NCBI GenBank assembly: GCA_902782535.1
Contig: CACZNM010000069.1
Span: 1 to 35,897, forward strand
Source of the DNA: an uncultured Erysipelotrichaceae bacterium
Lineage (GTDB): Bacteria; Bacillota_I; Bacilli_A; RF39; UBA660
Direction: 5' to 3'
DNA: 35,897 nucleotides
A program made the position numbers and the translations under genes. The stretch's first letter is position 1. Every line of letters starts with the position of its first letter. This document shows, piece after piece, positions 8,545 through 17,604 of this stretch. Below the pieces are notes generated by a model. It did not search any database. It was not told where the DNA came from and saw only the letters and a program-made list of their open reading frames with translations.

Positions 8545-9960
8545 ATGGCGAGTAAAGAAGTGGTGGAAATGAATAAAAAGAGGTTATTTATAGTTATATC
8601 GTGTTTAATCATAGTAATATTGATTGTTTCAGGAATTATTATGTATCCTAAATATATTAGGAACAAGAATATTAATGCACTTAATAATGAAATAGCTCTA
8701 GTAAATAGTTATTTAAATGATGATATAAAGTATGAAGAAGTAAATAATTATTTAAATAATGATATTACAAGTTTAAATATGAGAGATTTAGAAGAGGCAT
8801 TAGAAAAATATATAAACGATACTTTAATAAATTATAATAATTTAAAAGAGAATACTAAAATTGATATTTTATTACCAAGTAATATTAATAAAGAATTAGA
8901 AGATAATTTAAAAGAAAGACAAAATAAAGTCTTAGAAATAAAAGAAGAGTTAGACAAGATAGTTTCTAATAAAAATGAATATCTATCCAATGGTGAATAT
9001 GAAAGTTTATATAATGATTTTGTTAATAGAATTAATATTAATGGTGATGAAATAATTGATGAATTTAATAATCAAATTGATGAAGAAATAGAAGTTATTA
9101 AATTTTTAAATAGTAATAAAAATTGGAAAATAGAAGAAGATAAAGTAATTTTTGTTAAACGTAGTGCTTTTGATTCTTTTAAAAAGTTAAATAGTCATAT
9201 AATAAATTATGAATTAACGCATGATAAAGAAGGACCGGTTATAACAGCAAGTAATATAACAATAATCAAGGGTAATAAAATAAATATTAAAGATAAAGTT
9301 AAATGTCAAGATAATGTAGATGATACGGTAGAATGTAAGATAGATGGAACTTATGATATTAATAAAGTTGGTTCATATACAATTAAAATAAGTGCGAGTG
9401 ATAAAGCTGGTAATACTAGTACTAAAAGTATTAAGTTAACAGTTCAAGAGGAAAAGAAAAATCCTTATTATATTGAGGTTATTAGAAATCAAAATGTGGT
9501 AATAGTCTATGGACTTGATAGTAATAATAAGTATACTAAAATAGTTAAAGTATTTGTTTGTTCTGTTGGTAAAAGTGGCAAGACACCTACAGGCACCTTT
9601 AAAACGAGTGATAAATCATCGTGGGGAAGGTTAGTAGGTAATGTATATGGACAATATTATACAAGAATAGTTGGTGATATATTATTTCATTCTGTTCCAT
9701 ATTATAAAAAAGATAAAAGTACTTTAGAATGGGAAGAATATAATAAGTTAGGAACTGCAGCATCTAAAGGTTGTGTTAGACTTTCTGTTCGTGATGTTAA
9801 ATGGATTTATGATAACTGTGGAAAAGGTACGGTAGTTAAAATTTACGATGGAAATTTACCAAGTGGAGTAAGTAAGCCAAGTGCTATTAAAATAGATGGT
9901 GAAAGCCCTAATAAAGGTTGGGATCCAACTGATCCAGACAAGAAAAATCCATGGAGGTAA
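8545..9960 (+). CDS. membrane-anchored L,D-transpeptidase (YkuD domain) with a coiled-coil region and an Ig-like domain
   Basis: A signal anchor (LFIVISCLIIVILIVSGIIMY) is followed by a long Asn/Glu/Ile-rich helical region and an Ig-like segment (GPVITASNITIIKGNKINIKDKV...SYTIKISASDKAGNTSTKSIKLTV). The YkuD catalytic motif is HSVPY...SKGCVRLSVRDVKWIY. An alternative start at ATG 8569 (MNKKR...) is possible. Confidence 0.8.
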   Translation: MASKEVVEMNKKRLFIVISCLIIVILIVSGIIMYPKYIRNKNINALNNEIALVNSYLNDDIKYEEVNNYLNNDITSLNMRDLEEALEKYINDTLINYNNLKENTKIDILLPSNINKELEDNLKERQNKVLEIKEELDKIVSNKNEYLSNGEYESLYNDFVNRININGDEIIDEFNNQIDEEIEVIKFLNSNKNWKIEEDKVIFVKRSAFDSFKKLNSHIINYELTHDKEGPVITASNITIIKGNKINIKDKVKCQDNVDDTVECKIDGTYDINKVGSYTIKISASDKAGNTSTKSIKLTVQEEKKNPYYIEVIRNQNVVIVYGLDSNNKYTKIVKVFVCSVGKSGKTPTGTFKTSDKSSWGRLVGNVYGQYYTRIVGDILFHSVPYYKKDKSTLEWEEYNKLGTAASKGCVRLSVRDVKWIYDNCGKGTVVKIYDGNLPSGVSKPSAIKIDGESPNKGWDPTDPDKKNPWR

Positions 9961-9964
9961 TAAA

Positions 9965-10570
9965 GTGAATTATCAAGTAGTTTTAGATGAAACAATAAAA
10001 AAATTAGATTATGTACCAAAGCTTTTATTACATGCCTGTTGTGCACCATGTTCTAGTTATGTTATTGAATATTTAAGTAATTTTTTCTCTATTACTATTC
10101 TTTATTATAATCCTAATATTGATACCGAAGATGAATTTAATTATCGTTTTAGTGAACTAGAAAGATTTATTAATGAATTTAAAACGAAGTATCCGGTATC
10201 TTTAGTTAATTTAGGCTATTTAAAAGAGGAATATGATGAGATAGCATTAGGATTAGAAAATGAACCAGAACGTGGTCTACGTTGTCTTAAATGTTATGAA
10301 TTAAGACTTGATAAGAGCTTTAATTATGCTAAAAATTATCATTTTGATTATGTTACAACGACACTTACTTTATCGCCTCATAAAAATAGTAAAGTAATTA
10401 ATGAAATAGGGAAAAAATTAGAAGAAAAGTACCAATTTCCGTATTTATATTCTGATTTTAAAAAGAGGGATGGATATAAAAGAAGTATTGTTTTATCACA
10501 TGAATATAGCTTATATCGACAGGATTATTGTGGATGTAAATATAGTAAAAAAAAGAAAATGGATGAGTAG
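9965..10570 (+). CDS. queH: epoxyqueuosine reductase QueH (DUF208)
   Basis: The Cys motifs HACCAPCSSY, LRCLKCYELR and DYCGC are present. I chose the GTG start at 9965 because GGAGG sits 7 nt upstream. The track start at 9896 would overlap the previous gene by 65 nt. Confidence 0.85.
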   Translation: MNYQVVLDETIKKLDYVPKLLLHACCAPCSSYVIEYLSNFFSITILYYNPNIDTEDEFNYRFSELERFINEFKTKYPVSLVNLGYLKEEYDEIALGLENEPERGLRCLKCYELRLDKSFNYAKNYHFDYVTTTLTLSPHKNSKVINEIGKKLEEKYQFPYLYSDFKKRDGYKRSIVLSHEYSLYRQDYCGCKYSKKKKMDE

Positions 10571-10578
10571 AGGTATAT

Positions 10579-12897
10579 ATGGAAGAATATAAAGGATTAA
10601 CAAAGGAAGAAGTAGAAGAAAGAATAGCAAAAGGTCAAATTAATGCTGGTGATGTATCGAGAACTAAAACTATTAGAGAAATATTTTTGAGTAATATTAT
10701 TACATATTTTAATATTTTAAATATTGTTTTAGCACTTGCTATTATAATTAGTGGTATTATTTTTAATAGATTATTTTATTCTCTTAAAAACTGCTTGTTT
10801 TTGGGAGTTGTTATCTGTAATACTGGAATTAGTATTTTTCAAGAGATATCATCAAAAAAAACAATTGACAAGTTATCTATTTTATCAAGTGTTAAGCCTA
10901 AAGTAATAAGAGATGGAAACATGAATGAAATAGCTATCGAAGAAGTGGTATTAGATGATATCATTAACTATGAAATAGGTTCACAAATTGTTGTTGATTC
11001 TATAATTTTAAAAGGCGAAGTAGAAGTTAATGAATCATTTATAACCGGGGAAGCAAAAACCATTCTTAAGAAGAAAGGTGATAATCTTTTATCTGGTAGT
11101 TTTATTGTAAGTGGCAATTGTCTTGCTAAAGTTATTCATGTTGGTGCCGATAATTATATTAATACAATATCAAGTGAAACAAAAAAAATTGAGAATAGTA
11201 AATCAGTTATTTTTAATTCTTTTGAAAGATTAGTAAGAATACTATCCTTTATTATTGTTCCACTTGGTATATTATTATTTCTTAATCAATATTATCTTGT
11301 TAAAGTAGAACTATCAGAAGCGATTATTAATACGGTAGCAGCTTTAATTGGGATGATACCAGAAGGACTTGTTTTACTAACTAGTTCCGTTATGGCAGTA
11401 TCCGTTATTCGTTTATCAAAGGAAAAAGTATTAGTTCAACAGTTATATTGCATTGAAACACTTGCTAGGGTTAATGTAGTTTGTCTTGATAAAACCGGAA
11501 CAATAACAACAGGTAATATGAAATTAAATAGTCTAGTTAGTGATGATAAAGAAAAGTTTGAAAAGATAATTACGAATATTTTAAGTGTTTTACCCGATAA
11601 TAGTTGTACTTTTAAGGCTATAAGAGAAAAATATGATAAAGGTTTAAATATCGAAAATGAAGGGATTATTCCATTTTCATCCGAAAGAAAGTTTTCTGCT
11701 TGCCGAATAAATGGTGTGAGTTATTATGTAGGAGCTCCAGAATATATCTTAAGTAATGGGGAAATATCTGATGAAATAAAAAGTAAACAAAATGATTATC
11801 GTATCTTATTAATCGCTCATAATAATGATATTTTATCGAAAAATCCTACTAATTTAAAAATTGATGGTTATATTTTAATAGAAGATGAGATTAGAAAAGA
11901 AGCCAGTGATACTTTAAGATATTTTAAAGAACAAGGTGTGAAAGTAAAAATTATCTCTGGTGATAATTATAAAACAGTTAGCACTATTGCTTCTCGTGTT
12001 GGCTTAAAGAATTTAAAAGGTATTGATACAACGGATATTGATATTAATAAAATTGATGATATAACATCTTACGATATATATGGAAGAGTAACACCACATA
12101 TGAAAAGGGAAATTGTTAAAGCATTGAAAATGAAAGGATATACTGTTTGTATGACAGGTGATGGTGTTAATGATGTTTTAGCCCTTCGTGAAGCTGATTG
12201 TTCAGTAGCAATGGCAAGTGGAAGTGATGCTGCTAAAAGTGTTAGTCAATTAGTATTATTAGATTCTAATTTTGCTAGTATGCCTAAAATTGTTGCCGAA
12301 GGACGACGTAACATTAATAATATTGAAAGAAGTGCTTCTCTTTTACTGGTTAAAACGTTGTATACCATTCTTTTGATTTTAACCTGTTTTATCTTTGGCT
12401 CTCGCTATTTCTTTATTCCTATTCAACTTACTTTAATATCAAGTTGTACTATTGGAATTCCAAGTTTTATTCTTGCTCTTGAACCAAATAAAAATATCGT
12501 TGAAGGAAATAAGTTTTTACTTAAAATAATTAAAAAGAGTATACCAGGTAGTTTTACAGTTTTTCTTGATATGATAATCGTTATGTTATTTCAAAAATAC
12601 TTTGAGATATCACCAGATGTTACTAATTATTTAGCGGTTATTTTAACAGCAACAACGGGTTTTATTCACTTATATCATATATCTAAACCATTTAATTATT
12701 TAAGAAGTATTATGTTCGCTTTATTAATCTTAGTATTTAATTATGGAATATTCTTCCAAAGAGAATTCTTTTCATTATCATATTTTAATGGACAAATAGG
12801 ATTGATATACTTCTTATTAGTTATTTTCTCATTATTTTCATATCGTGTTTTACTTCGAGGGATAGATTGTATTTTTAATAAGAAAGTTAAAAAATAA
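10579..12897 (+). CDS. cation-transporting P-type ATPase (P2-like, HAD-IC family)
   Basis: 772 aa. Motifs are TGEA (actuator), IPEGL, the phosphorylation site CLDKTGTITTG, the hinge MTGDGVNDVLALREAD, and multiple TM helices at both ends. Confidence 0.9.
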   Translation: MEEYKGLTKEEVEERIAKGQINAGDVSRTKTIREIFLSNIITYFNILNIVLALAIIISGIIFNRLFYSLKNCLFLGVVICNTGISIFQEISSKKTIDKLSILSSVKPKVIRDGNMNEIAIEEVVLDDIINYEIGSQIVVDSIILKGEVEVNESFITGEAKTILKKKGDNLLSGSFIVSGNCLAKVIHVGADNYINTISSETKKIENSKSVIFNSFERLVRILSFIIVPLGILLFLNQYYLVKVELSEAIINTVAALIGMIPEGLVLLTSSVMAVSVIRLSKEKVLVQQLYCIETLARVNVVCLDKTGTITTGNMKLNSLVSDDKEKFEKIITNILSVLPDNSCTFKAIREKYDKGLNIENEGIIPFSSERKFSACRINGVSYYVGAPEYILSNGEISDEIKSKQNDYRILLIAHNNDILSKNPTNLKIDGYILIEDEIRKEASDTLRYFKEQGVKVKIISGDNYKTVSTIASRVGLKNLKGIDTTDIDINKIDDITSYDIYGRVTPHMKREIVKALKMKGYTVCMTGDGVNDVLALREADCSVAMASGSDAAKSVSQLVLLDSNFASMPKIVAEGRRNINNIERSASLLLVKTLYTILLILTCFIFGSRYFFIPIQLTLISSCTIGIPSFILALEPNKNIVEGNKFLLKIIKKSIPGSFTVFLDMIIVMLFQKYFEISPDVTNYLAVILTATTGFIHLYHISKPFNYLRSIMFALLILVFNYGIFFQREFFSLSYFNGQIGLIYFLLVIFSLFSYRVLLRGIDCIFNKKVKK

Positions 12898-12919
12898 GTC
12901 AAACTAGACTTATTTTTTT
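12894..12919 (+). terminator. rho-independent terminator after the P-type ATPase gene
   Basis: A stem ATAAGTC / GACTTAT has the loop AAACTA, followed by TTTTTT. Confidence 0.65.
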
Positions 12920-12945
12920 CGCATATAATATTATTAGGTGATAGT

Positions 12946-13287
12946 ATGAAAGAAGAGTTTAAAGCCTTTGTCAAAAAGAATCCTCAATTTGTAGATTATG
13001 TGCGAAATAATAAAACTACATGGCAAGAGTTATATGAAATATATGATTTATATGGTGAAAATAATGATATATGGAATTCTTTTAAAGATAATAATAGTAC
13101 TAATAATTCTAATTTAATAACGACAATTAAAGAATTTTTAACCTTATTTAAAGGAATTGACTTAAATAGTATTCAGAAAACTTTATCGTCACTAGATAAA
13201 GCGATTGAAACTTTTAAAGGATTTAACGGAAATACTAATAACAATGATTATAATGAAAGACCTAAGTATAAGTATTTTGAGGATTAA
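12946..13287 (+). CDS. ylbD: YlbD-like protein (Bacillus putative coat protein family)
   Basis: EEFKAFVKKNPQFVDYVRNNKTTWQELYEIYDLYGENNDIW resembles B. subtilis YlbD as I recall it. It is followed by a ylbE-like gene, as in Bacillus. Confidence 0.55.
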   Translation: MKEEFKAFVKKNPQFVDYVRNNKTTWQELYEIYDLYGENNDIWNSFKDNNSTNNSNLITTIKEFLTLFKGIDLNSIQKTLSSLDKAIETFKGFNGNTNNNDYNERPKYKYFED

Positions 13288-13288
13288 T

Positions 13289-13513
13289 ATGGATTATCAT
13301 GTACAATATATTTTAAATAATAATTATTATTTAAGGAAATTCTTAAGAGAGAATTCCAAATATTATAAAGATTTAATAAGAAATTCAGATTTTATTTATG
13401 AATTAAATGAAATAATGAAAAAAGAATATAAACTTACTATTCCTGATAAAATAGAAAAATTCAAAAATGATCTTAAAATGTTTAGTTCTGTAATGGATAT
13501 ATTTAAAGAATAA
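13289..13513 (+). CDS. ylbE: YlbE-like protein
   Basis: MDYHVQYILNNNYYLRKFLRENSKYYKDLIRNS...KLTIPDKIEKFKNDLKMFSSVMDIF parallels B. subtilis YlbE. I chose ATG 13289, one nt after the ylbD-like stop. The track start at 13205 is an overlapping extension. Confidence 0.6.
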   Translation: MDYHVQYILNNNYYLRKFLRENSKYYKDLIRNSDFIYELNEIMKKEYKLTIPDKIEKFKNDLKMFSSVMDIFKE

Positions 13514-13566
13514 TTGTCAATATCTGTAAAGGTATTATTTAATAATTATATAGAATTAAGGATTTA

Positions 13567-13575
13567 TGATATAAT
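13567..13575 (+). promoter_or_regulatory. extended -10 element upstream of the hydrolase-murF-ddl operon
   Basis: TGATATAAT (TGnTATAAT) lies 18 nt upstream of the start codon. There is no good -35. Confidence 0.4.
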
Positions 13576-13592
13576 AAAGTTGGTGTATAGAA

Positions 13593-14309
13593 ATGTTTAA
13601 GAAAGTACGTAATATTAAAGTTAATTATAAACAATATGGTGTAGGAAATGATATTGTTTTATTACATGGATGGGGACAAAATATAGCGATGATGGATCCT
13701 CTTGGTGAAAAATTAAAGGATAAGCATCGTATTACTATTATTGATCTTCCGGGTTTTGGATTATCGAATGAACCGGATTATGCTTATGATGTTTCTGATT
13801 ATGTAGAATTAGTTCATGACTTATTAGAAAGTTTAGAAATAGAAAATCCTATTTTGATTGGTCATTCTTTTGGTGGAAGGATATCAATTATTTATGCTTC
13901 AAAGTATGATGTAAAAAAGCTCGTTTTATTTGGTAGTCCTTGTGTAAGACATGAATATGTTAGTAAGAAACAGAATTTTTTAAAGAAAATGAAGAAGGTT
14001 AAAATATTTAAACCAATCGTTAATATAATGAAAAAACATATGGGAAGTGTTGATTATAAAAATGCCAGTCCTATGATGCGAAATGTTTTAGTTAAAACGG
14101 TTAATGAAGATTTATCAGAATATGCTAAAAAAGTTAAGTGTTCCACTCTTTTGATATGGGGGGAGAATGATGAAGCAGTACCTGTTTGTGAAGCTCAAGA
14201 ATTAGATGAATTATTAAAGGATAGTGCTTTAATTATTTTACCAGGTACACATTATTGTTATTTAGAAAATTTAGAAAGAGTTGTTAGTATATTAGATAAT
14301 TTTTTATAA
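13593..14309 (+). CDS. alpha/beta-fold hydrolase
   Basis: 238 aa. It has the HGWGQN oxyanion region, the nucleophile elbow GHSFGG, a late acidic residue (GENDEAVP) and His (PGTHYCYLE). Confidence 0.8.
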   Translation: MFKKVRNIKVNYKQYGVGNDIVLLHGWGQNIAMMDPLGEKLKDKHRITIIDLPGFGLSNEPDYAYDVSDYVELVHDLLESLEIENPILIGHSFGGRISIIYASKYDVKKLVLFGSPCVRHEYVSKKQNFLKKMKKVKIFKPIVNIMKKHMGSVDYKNASPMMRNVLVKTVNEDLSEYAKKVKCSTLLIWGENDEAVPVCEAQELDELLKDSALIILPGTHYCYLENLERVVSILDNFL

Positions 14310-14318
14310 GGAGGATAT

Positions 14319-15920
14319 ATGATATTATTTTTAGTTGTTTATATTATTTATATTGTTTATCGTGTAATGGAAGCGATGCATATGTTACAACAGAATTTAT
14401 ATAACGAAAATAATCGATATTTGAGATGGATTAAACGTAATTTAAAAAGAGTTTTTTGTATATATGATTTTATTCCAATAGTATTCTTTATTTTCCTTTT
14501 CTTTTTAGATGATAAACAGATAATGGATTTTGTATTAGTCGCTGGAATGTTTGTATACATGTATGGAATATATCATGAATACCGAATGAATAAAGATAAT
14601 CAAAATAAGCTCCCACTTAAAGTTACTAGTAGAATAAAAAGATTGTTTTTTACTATTATTCTTATGATAGGTTTATTACTTGTTGTAACAGTGAAAGCAC
14701 CAAATCGTGAAATGACAGTTTGGATGTTAATTATTTTATCCTTATCACTTGGATTTATTTATTATTTGGTTTATCTTGCAAATATTATTGATACACCATT
14801 AAATAAAATTGAATACTTATATTATTTTAATAAAGCGAAGAAAAAATTGGATAATTATAAAGATTTAACAGTAATTGGGATAACCGGTAGTTATGGTAAA
14901 ACTTCTAGTAAAAATATTTTAAATGATATTTTAGCAAGTAAATATATTACTCGTGCAACGCCAAAAAACTATAATACGCCATATGGAATAATGATGACTA
15001 TTAATAATGATTTGGATAAATTTGATCAAATATTAATTACGGAAATGGGAGCATATAGAAAAGGTGAAATAAAGACCATATGTGATTTTGTTCATCCTAA
15101 ATATGGAATACTAACAGTTATTGGTGATGCTCATTTAGAAACATTTGGAACAAAAGAAAATATTTGTAAAACAAAATTTGAATTAATTGAGGCATTACCT
15201 AGTGATGGAATTGCAATATTAAATATGGATGATGAATATCAAACTAGTTATGAATTAAAAAATAAAATTTTAGTTAAATGGATATCAATAGGTAATAATA
15301 AAGCTGATGTTTATGCTACTAATATTAAATGTAGTAGTCATGGAATGAGTTTTGATTGTCATTATAATGGTGAAAAAATAACTCTTAAAACGAGAATATT
15401 GGGAAGTCATAATGTTTATAATATTTTAGCAAGTGTAGCTTTAGCTTTAGAATTAAAAATACCAATCACAGATATTAAAGCTTCAGTTTTATCGCTTAAA
15501 GCAACAGAACATCGTTTAGATTTAAAAAAGATGGGTAGTTTTTATATGCTTGATGATGCTTATAATTCTAATCCCGTTGGAGCATCTAGTGCTCTTGATG
15601 TTTTAAATTCAATGGATGGTATAAAAGTTATTGTAACACCAGGTATGGTTGAACTTGGAAAAATGGAAAAAGAAAAGAATTATGAATTTGGTAAAAAAAT
15701 AAGTAGTGTTTGTAATTATTGTCTTTTAGTAGGGGAAAAGCAGACGCAAATTATTAAAAAAGCACTATTAGATAATGGATATGATGAAGATAATATTTTT
15801 ATTATTAATAATGTTATAGATGCTTATCCAATTATTGAAGCATTAAAAGAAGAAAATAAAGATATATATGCATTATTCGAAAATGATTTACCAGATATAT
15901 ATACGGAGGCTAAGAAATGA
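14319..15920 (+). CDS. murF: UDP-N-acetylmuramoyl-tripeptide--D-alanyl-D-alanine ligase MurF with an N-terminal polytopic membrane extension
   Basis: 533 aa. Residues ~1-160 form about 5 hydrophobic helices. MurF motifs follow: GITGSYGKTSSKNIL, TEMGAYRKGEI, VIGDAHLETFGTKENICKTKFEL, NMDDE, GSHNVYNILASVALA, DDAYNSNPVGASSAL. RBS AAGGAGG is present. The TGA stop overlaps the ddl start. Confidence 0.85.
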   Translation: MILFLVVYIIYIVYRVMEAMHMLQQNLYNENNRYLRWIKRNLKRVFCIYDFIPIVFFIFLFFLDDKQIMDFVLVAGMFVYMYGIYHEYRMNKDNQNKLPLKVTSRIKRLFFTIILMIGLLLVVTVKAPNREMTVWMLIILSLSLGFIYYLVYLANIIDTPLNKIEYLYYFNKAKKKLDNYKDLTVIGITGSYGKTSSKNILNDILASKYITRATPKNYNTPYGIMMTINNDLDKFDQILITEMGAYRKGEIKTICDFVHPKYGILTVIGDAHLETFGTKENICKTKFELIEALPSDGIAILNMDDEYQTSYELKNKILVKWISIGNNKADVYATNIKCSSHGMSFDCHYNGEKITLKTRILGSHNVYNILASVALALELKIPITDIKASVLSLKATEHRLDLKKMGSFYMLDDAYNSNPVGASSALDVLNSMDGIKVIVTPGMVELGKMEKEKNYEFGKKISSVCNYCLLVGEKQTQIIKKALLDNGYDEDNIFIINNVIDAYPIIEALKEENKDIYALFENDLPDIYTEAKK

Positions 15921-17098
15921 GAATTAAATTAGGTGTTATTTTTGGGGGAGTTTCAGTTGAACATGAAGTAAGTGTTATTACCGCTATTCAAGCGATGGAA
16001 AGTATTGATGCACAGAAATATGAAATAATTCCTATTTATATTGATAAACAAGGTATTTGGTATTCAGGAGCCATGCTAAGAGACATCAAATTGTATAGTG
16101 ATATGGATTTATTAAAACGCTATGCTAAAGAGGTTATTTTATATAAACGTGATAATTTATTCTATTTACAAAATAAACGTGGTTTGTTTAGAAAAGATGT
16201 TACAGAGCTTGATTTATGTTTACCTATTATGCATGGAACATATGGTGAAGATGGTAATTTACAAGGATATTTGGAAACAGTAGGGATACCATATTGTGAA
16301 TCGGATACTTATGCTGCTGTTGTTGGACAAGATAAAGTATTTATGAAACAGATATGGAAAGAATCTGGTGTACCAGTAGTTAAATTTGATTGGTTCTTTG
16401 ATACCGATTATAATAAGGATCCAGAAAAAATTATTGAAAGATTAGAGAAAATTGGCTATCCATTAATTGTAAAACCAGCTCGTCTTGGTAGTAGTGTTGG
16501 CATTAAGGTTTGTAAAAATCAAACAGAACTTAATGATGCTATTTTAGATGCTATTAATTATGATAATAAAATATTAGTTGAAGAAGTAGTAGATAATCTA
16601 GTAGAAGTTAATATTAGTGTTTTAGGTAACTATCAAAAACAAAGTTTAAGTGTTATCGAGGAAGTAGGAAGTAAAAATAGTATTTTAACTTATGAAGATA
16701 AGTATACTGGTGGTGGTAAAGGTCCTTCTAAAGGTATGGCAAGTGCAAAAAGAATTATTCCAGCTCGTATATCCCCAAAACTAGAAAAAGAGGTTTGTGA
16801 TGCTGCGATTAAAGCTTATCGAAGTCTTAATTCATCCGGTGTTGTACGTATTGATTTTTTAATTGATAGCAAGAATGAAAAAGTTTATGCTAACGAAATT
16901 AATAGTATTCCTGGTAGTTTATCTTTCTATTTATGGGAGAAAACAGATAAAGAATATCATGAATTATTAGATGATATTTTAAATCTTGGAGTAAGAGCCT
17001 TTAAAAATAAAAAAAGCAAAATACATTCCTTTGATACTAATATTTTAAGTAACTATGCCAATAATAAAGAAAAAGGCATTAAAGGAATAAAGAAATAA
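15917..17098 (+). CDS. ddl: D-alanine--D-alanine ligase
   Basis: 393 aa: GVIFGGVSVEHEVSVITA, HGTYGEDGNLQGYLE, PLIVKPARLGSSVGI, VRIDFL...VYANEINSIPG. The start overlaps the murF stop (ATGA). Confidence 0.9.
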   Translation: MRIKLGVIFGGVSVEHEVSVITAIQAMESIDAQKYEIIPIYIDKQGIWYSGAMLRDIKLYSDMDLLKRYAKEVILYKRDNLFYLQNKRGLFRKDVTELDLCLPIMHGTYGEDGNLQGYLETVGIPYCESDTYAAVVGQDKVFMKQIWKESGVPVVKFDWFFDTDYNKDPEKIIERLEKIGYPLIVKPARLGSSVGIKVCKNQTELNDAILDAINYDNKILVEEVVDNLVEVNISVLGNYQKQSLSVIEEVGSKNSILTYEDKYTGGGKGPSKGMASAKRIIPARISPKLEKEVCDAAIKAYRSLNSSGVVRIDFLIDSKNEKVYANEINSIPGSLSFYLWEKTDKEYHELLDDILNLGVRAFKNKKSKIHSFDTNILSNYANNKEKGIKGIKK

Positions 17099-17109
17099 GA
17101 AAAAGTTGG

Positions 17110-17517
17110 ATGTTTATGGATGAAATTGTTGAAATTATTAATTTTGTTAATCAGAAAATAGATGAAAGTAATGACAGATTATTGTTTGAATTTGGTCGTA
17201 TTGAGGATAAACTTTTTTATGCAACAAAAGATATGATTAATAAGCCTGAAAAGAAAGAGATTGTTGTTCATGATGATTGTATTGAAAAAATATTGGAATT
17301 AATAAAAAAGCTTATCATTAAAAAACGAGATTATTATATGCTAATTACTATGGAAGAAGGGAGTCCCATTGTTGGACCTTGTTTAAGAATCATTGTTGAA
17401 GGGAAATATATCGAACATTTAATTATGATCTATAGCAACAAATACGTTGATGAAGTCATGCTAGAAAAATTTTGTGAAGAAAACTTTATTCCTCCAGATA
17501 GCAAAAAAACAATATAA
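17110..17517 (+). CDS. hypothetical protein (135 aa), last gene of the murF-ddl operon
   Basis: The ORF starts 11 nt after the ddl stop and is followed by a strong terminator. I recognise no motif. Confidence 0.55.
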   Translation: MFMDEIVEIINFVNQKIDESNDRLLFEFGRIEDKLFYATKDMINKPEKKEIVVHDDCIEKILELIKKLIIKKRDYYMLITMEEGSPIVGPCLRIIVEGKYIEHLIMIYSNKYVDEVMLEKFCEENFIPPDSKKTI

Positions 17518-17527
17518 AATATTATAA

Positions 17528-17559
17528 GGTACTCTAATTTGAAATTGAGTACTTTTTTA
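17528..17559 (+). terminator. rho-independent terminator after orf135 (end of the murF-ddl operon)
   Basis: The stem GGTACTC..AATT / AATT..GAGTACT is followed by TTTTT. Confidence 0.75.
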
Positions 17560-17589
17560 TTGGACAATAAAAAAAAATAATAGTATAAT
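17560..17589 (+). promoter_or_regulatory. candidate sigmaA-type promoter of ltaS
   Basis: TTGGAC - 18 nt - TATAAT lies just downstream of the preceding terminator. Confidence 0.45.
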
Positions 17590-17604
17590 TATAATAGGTG
17601 TTTT

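Noticed and set aside
9896-9964. N-terminal extensions in the ORF track for queH (9896), the ylbE-like gene (13205), the sigma factor (24353), gatB (32816) and the Big_2 gene (29865)
   Set aside because: The extensions overlap the upstream gene or lack an SD. For queH, the sigma factor and gatB, the internal start has a good SD at proper spacing and matches the conserved family N-terminus. For the ylbE-like gene, the internal ATG 13289 lies 1 nt after the upstream stop and matches the YlbE N-terminus. 29865 versus 29898 remains genuinely ambiguous.
13593-17517. The hydrolase-murF-ddl-orf135 operon as a vancomycin-resistance-like (alternative precursor terminus) cluster
   Set aside because: There is no vanH-type dehydrogenase, vanX/vanY peptidase, serine racemase or vanRS two-component system. 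I cannot judge Ddl omega-loop specificity by eye. The operon looks like the housekeeping murF-ddl pair.
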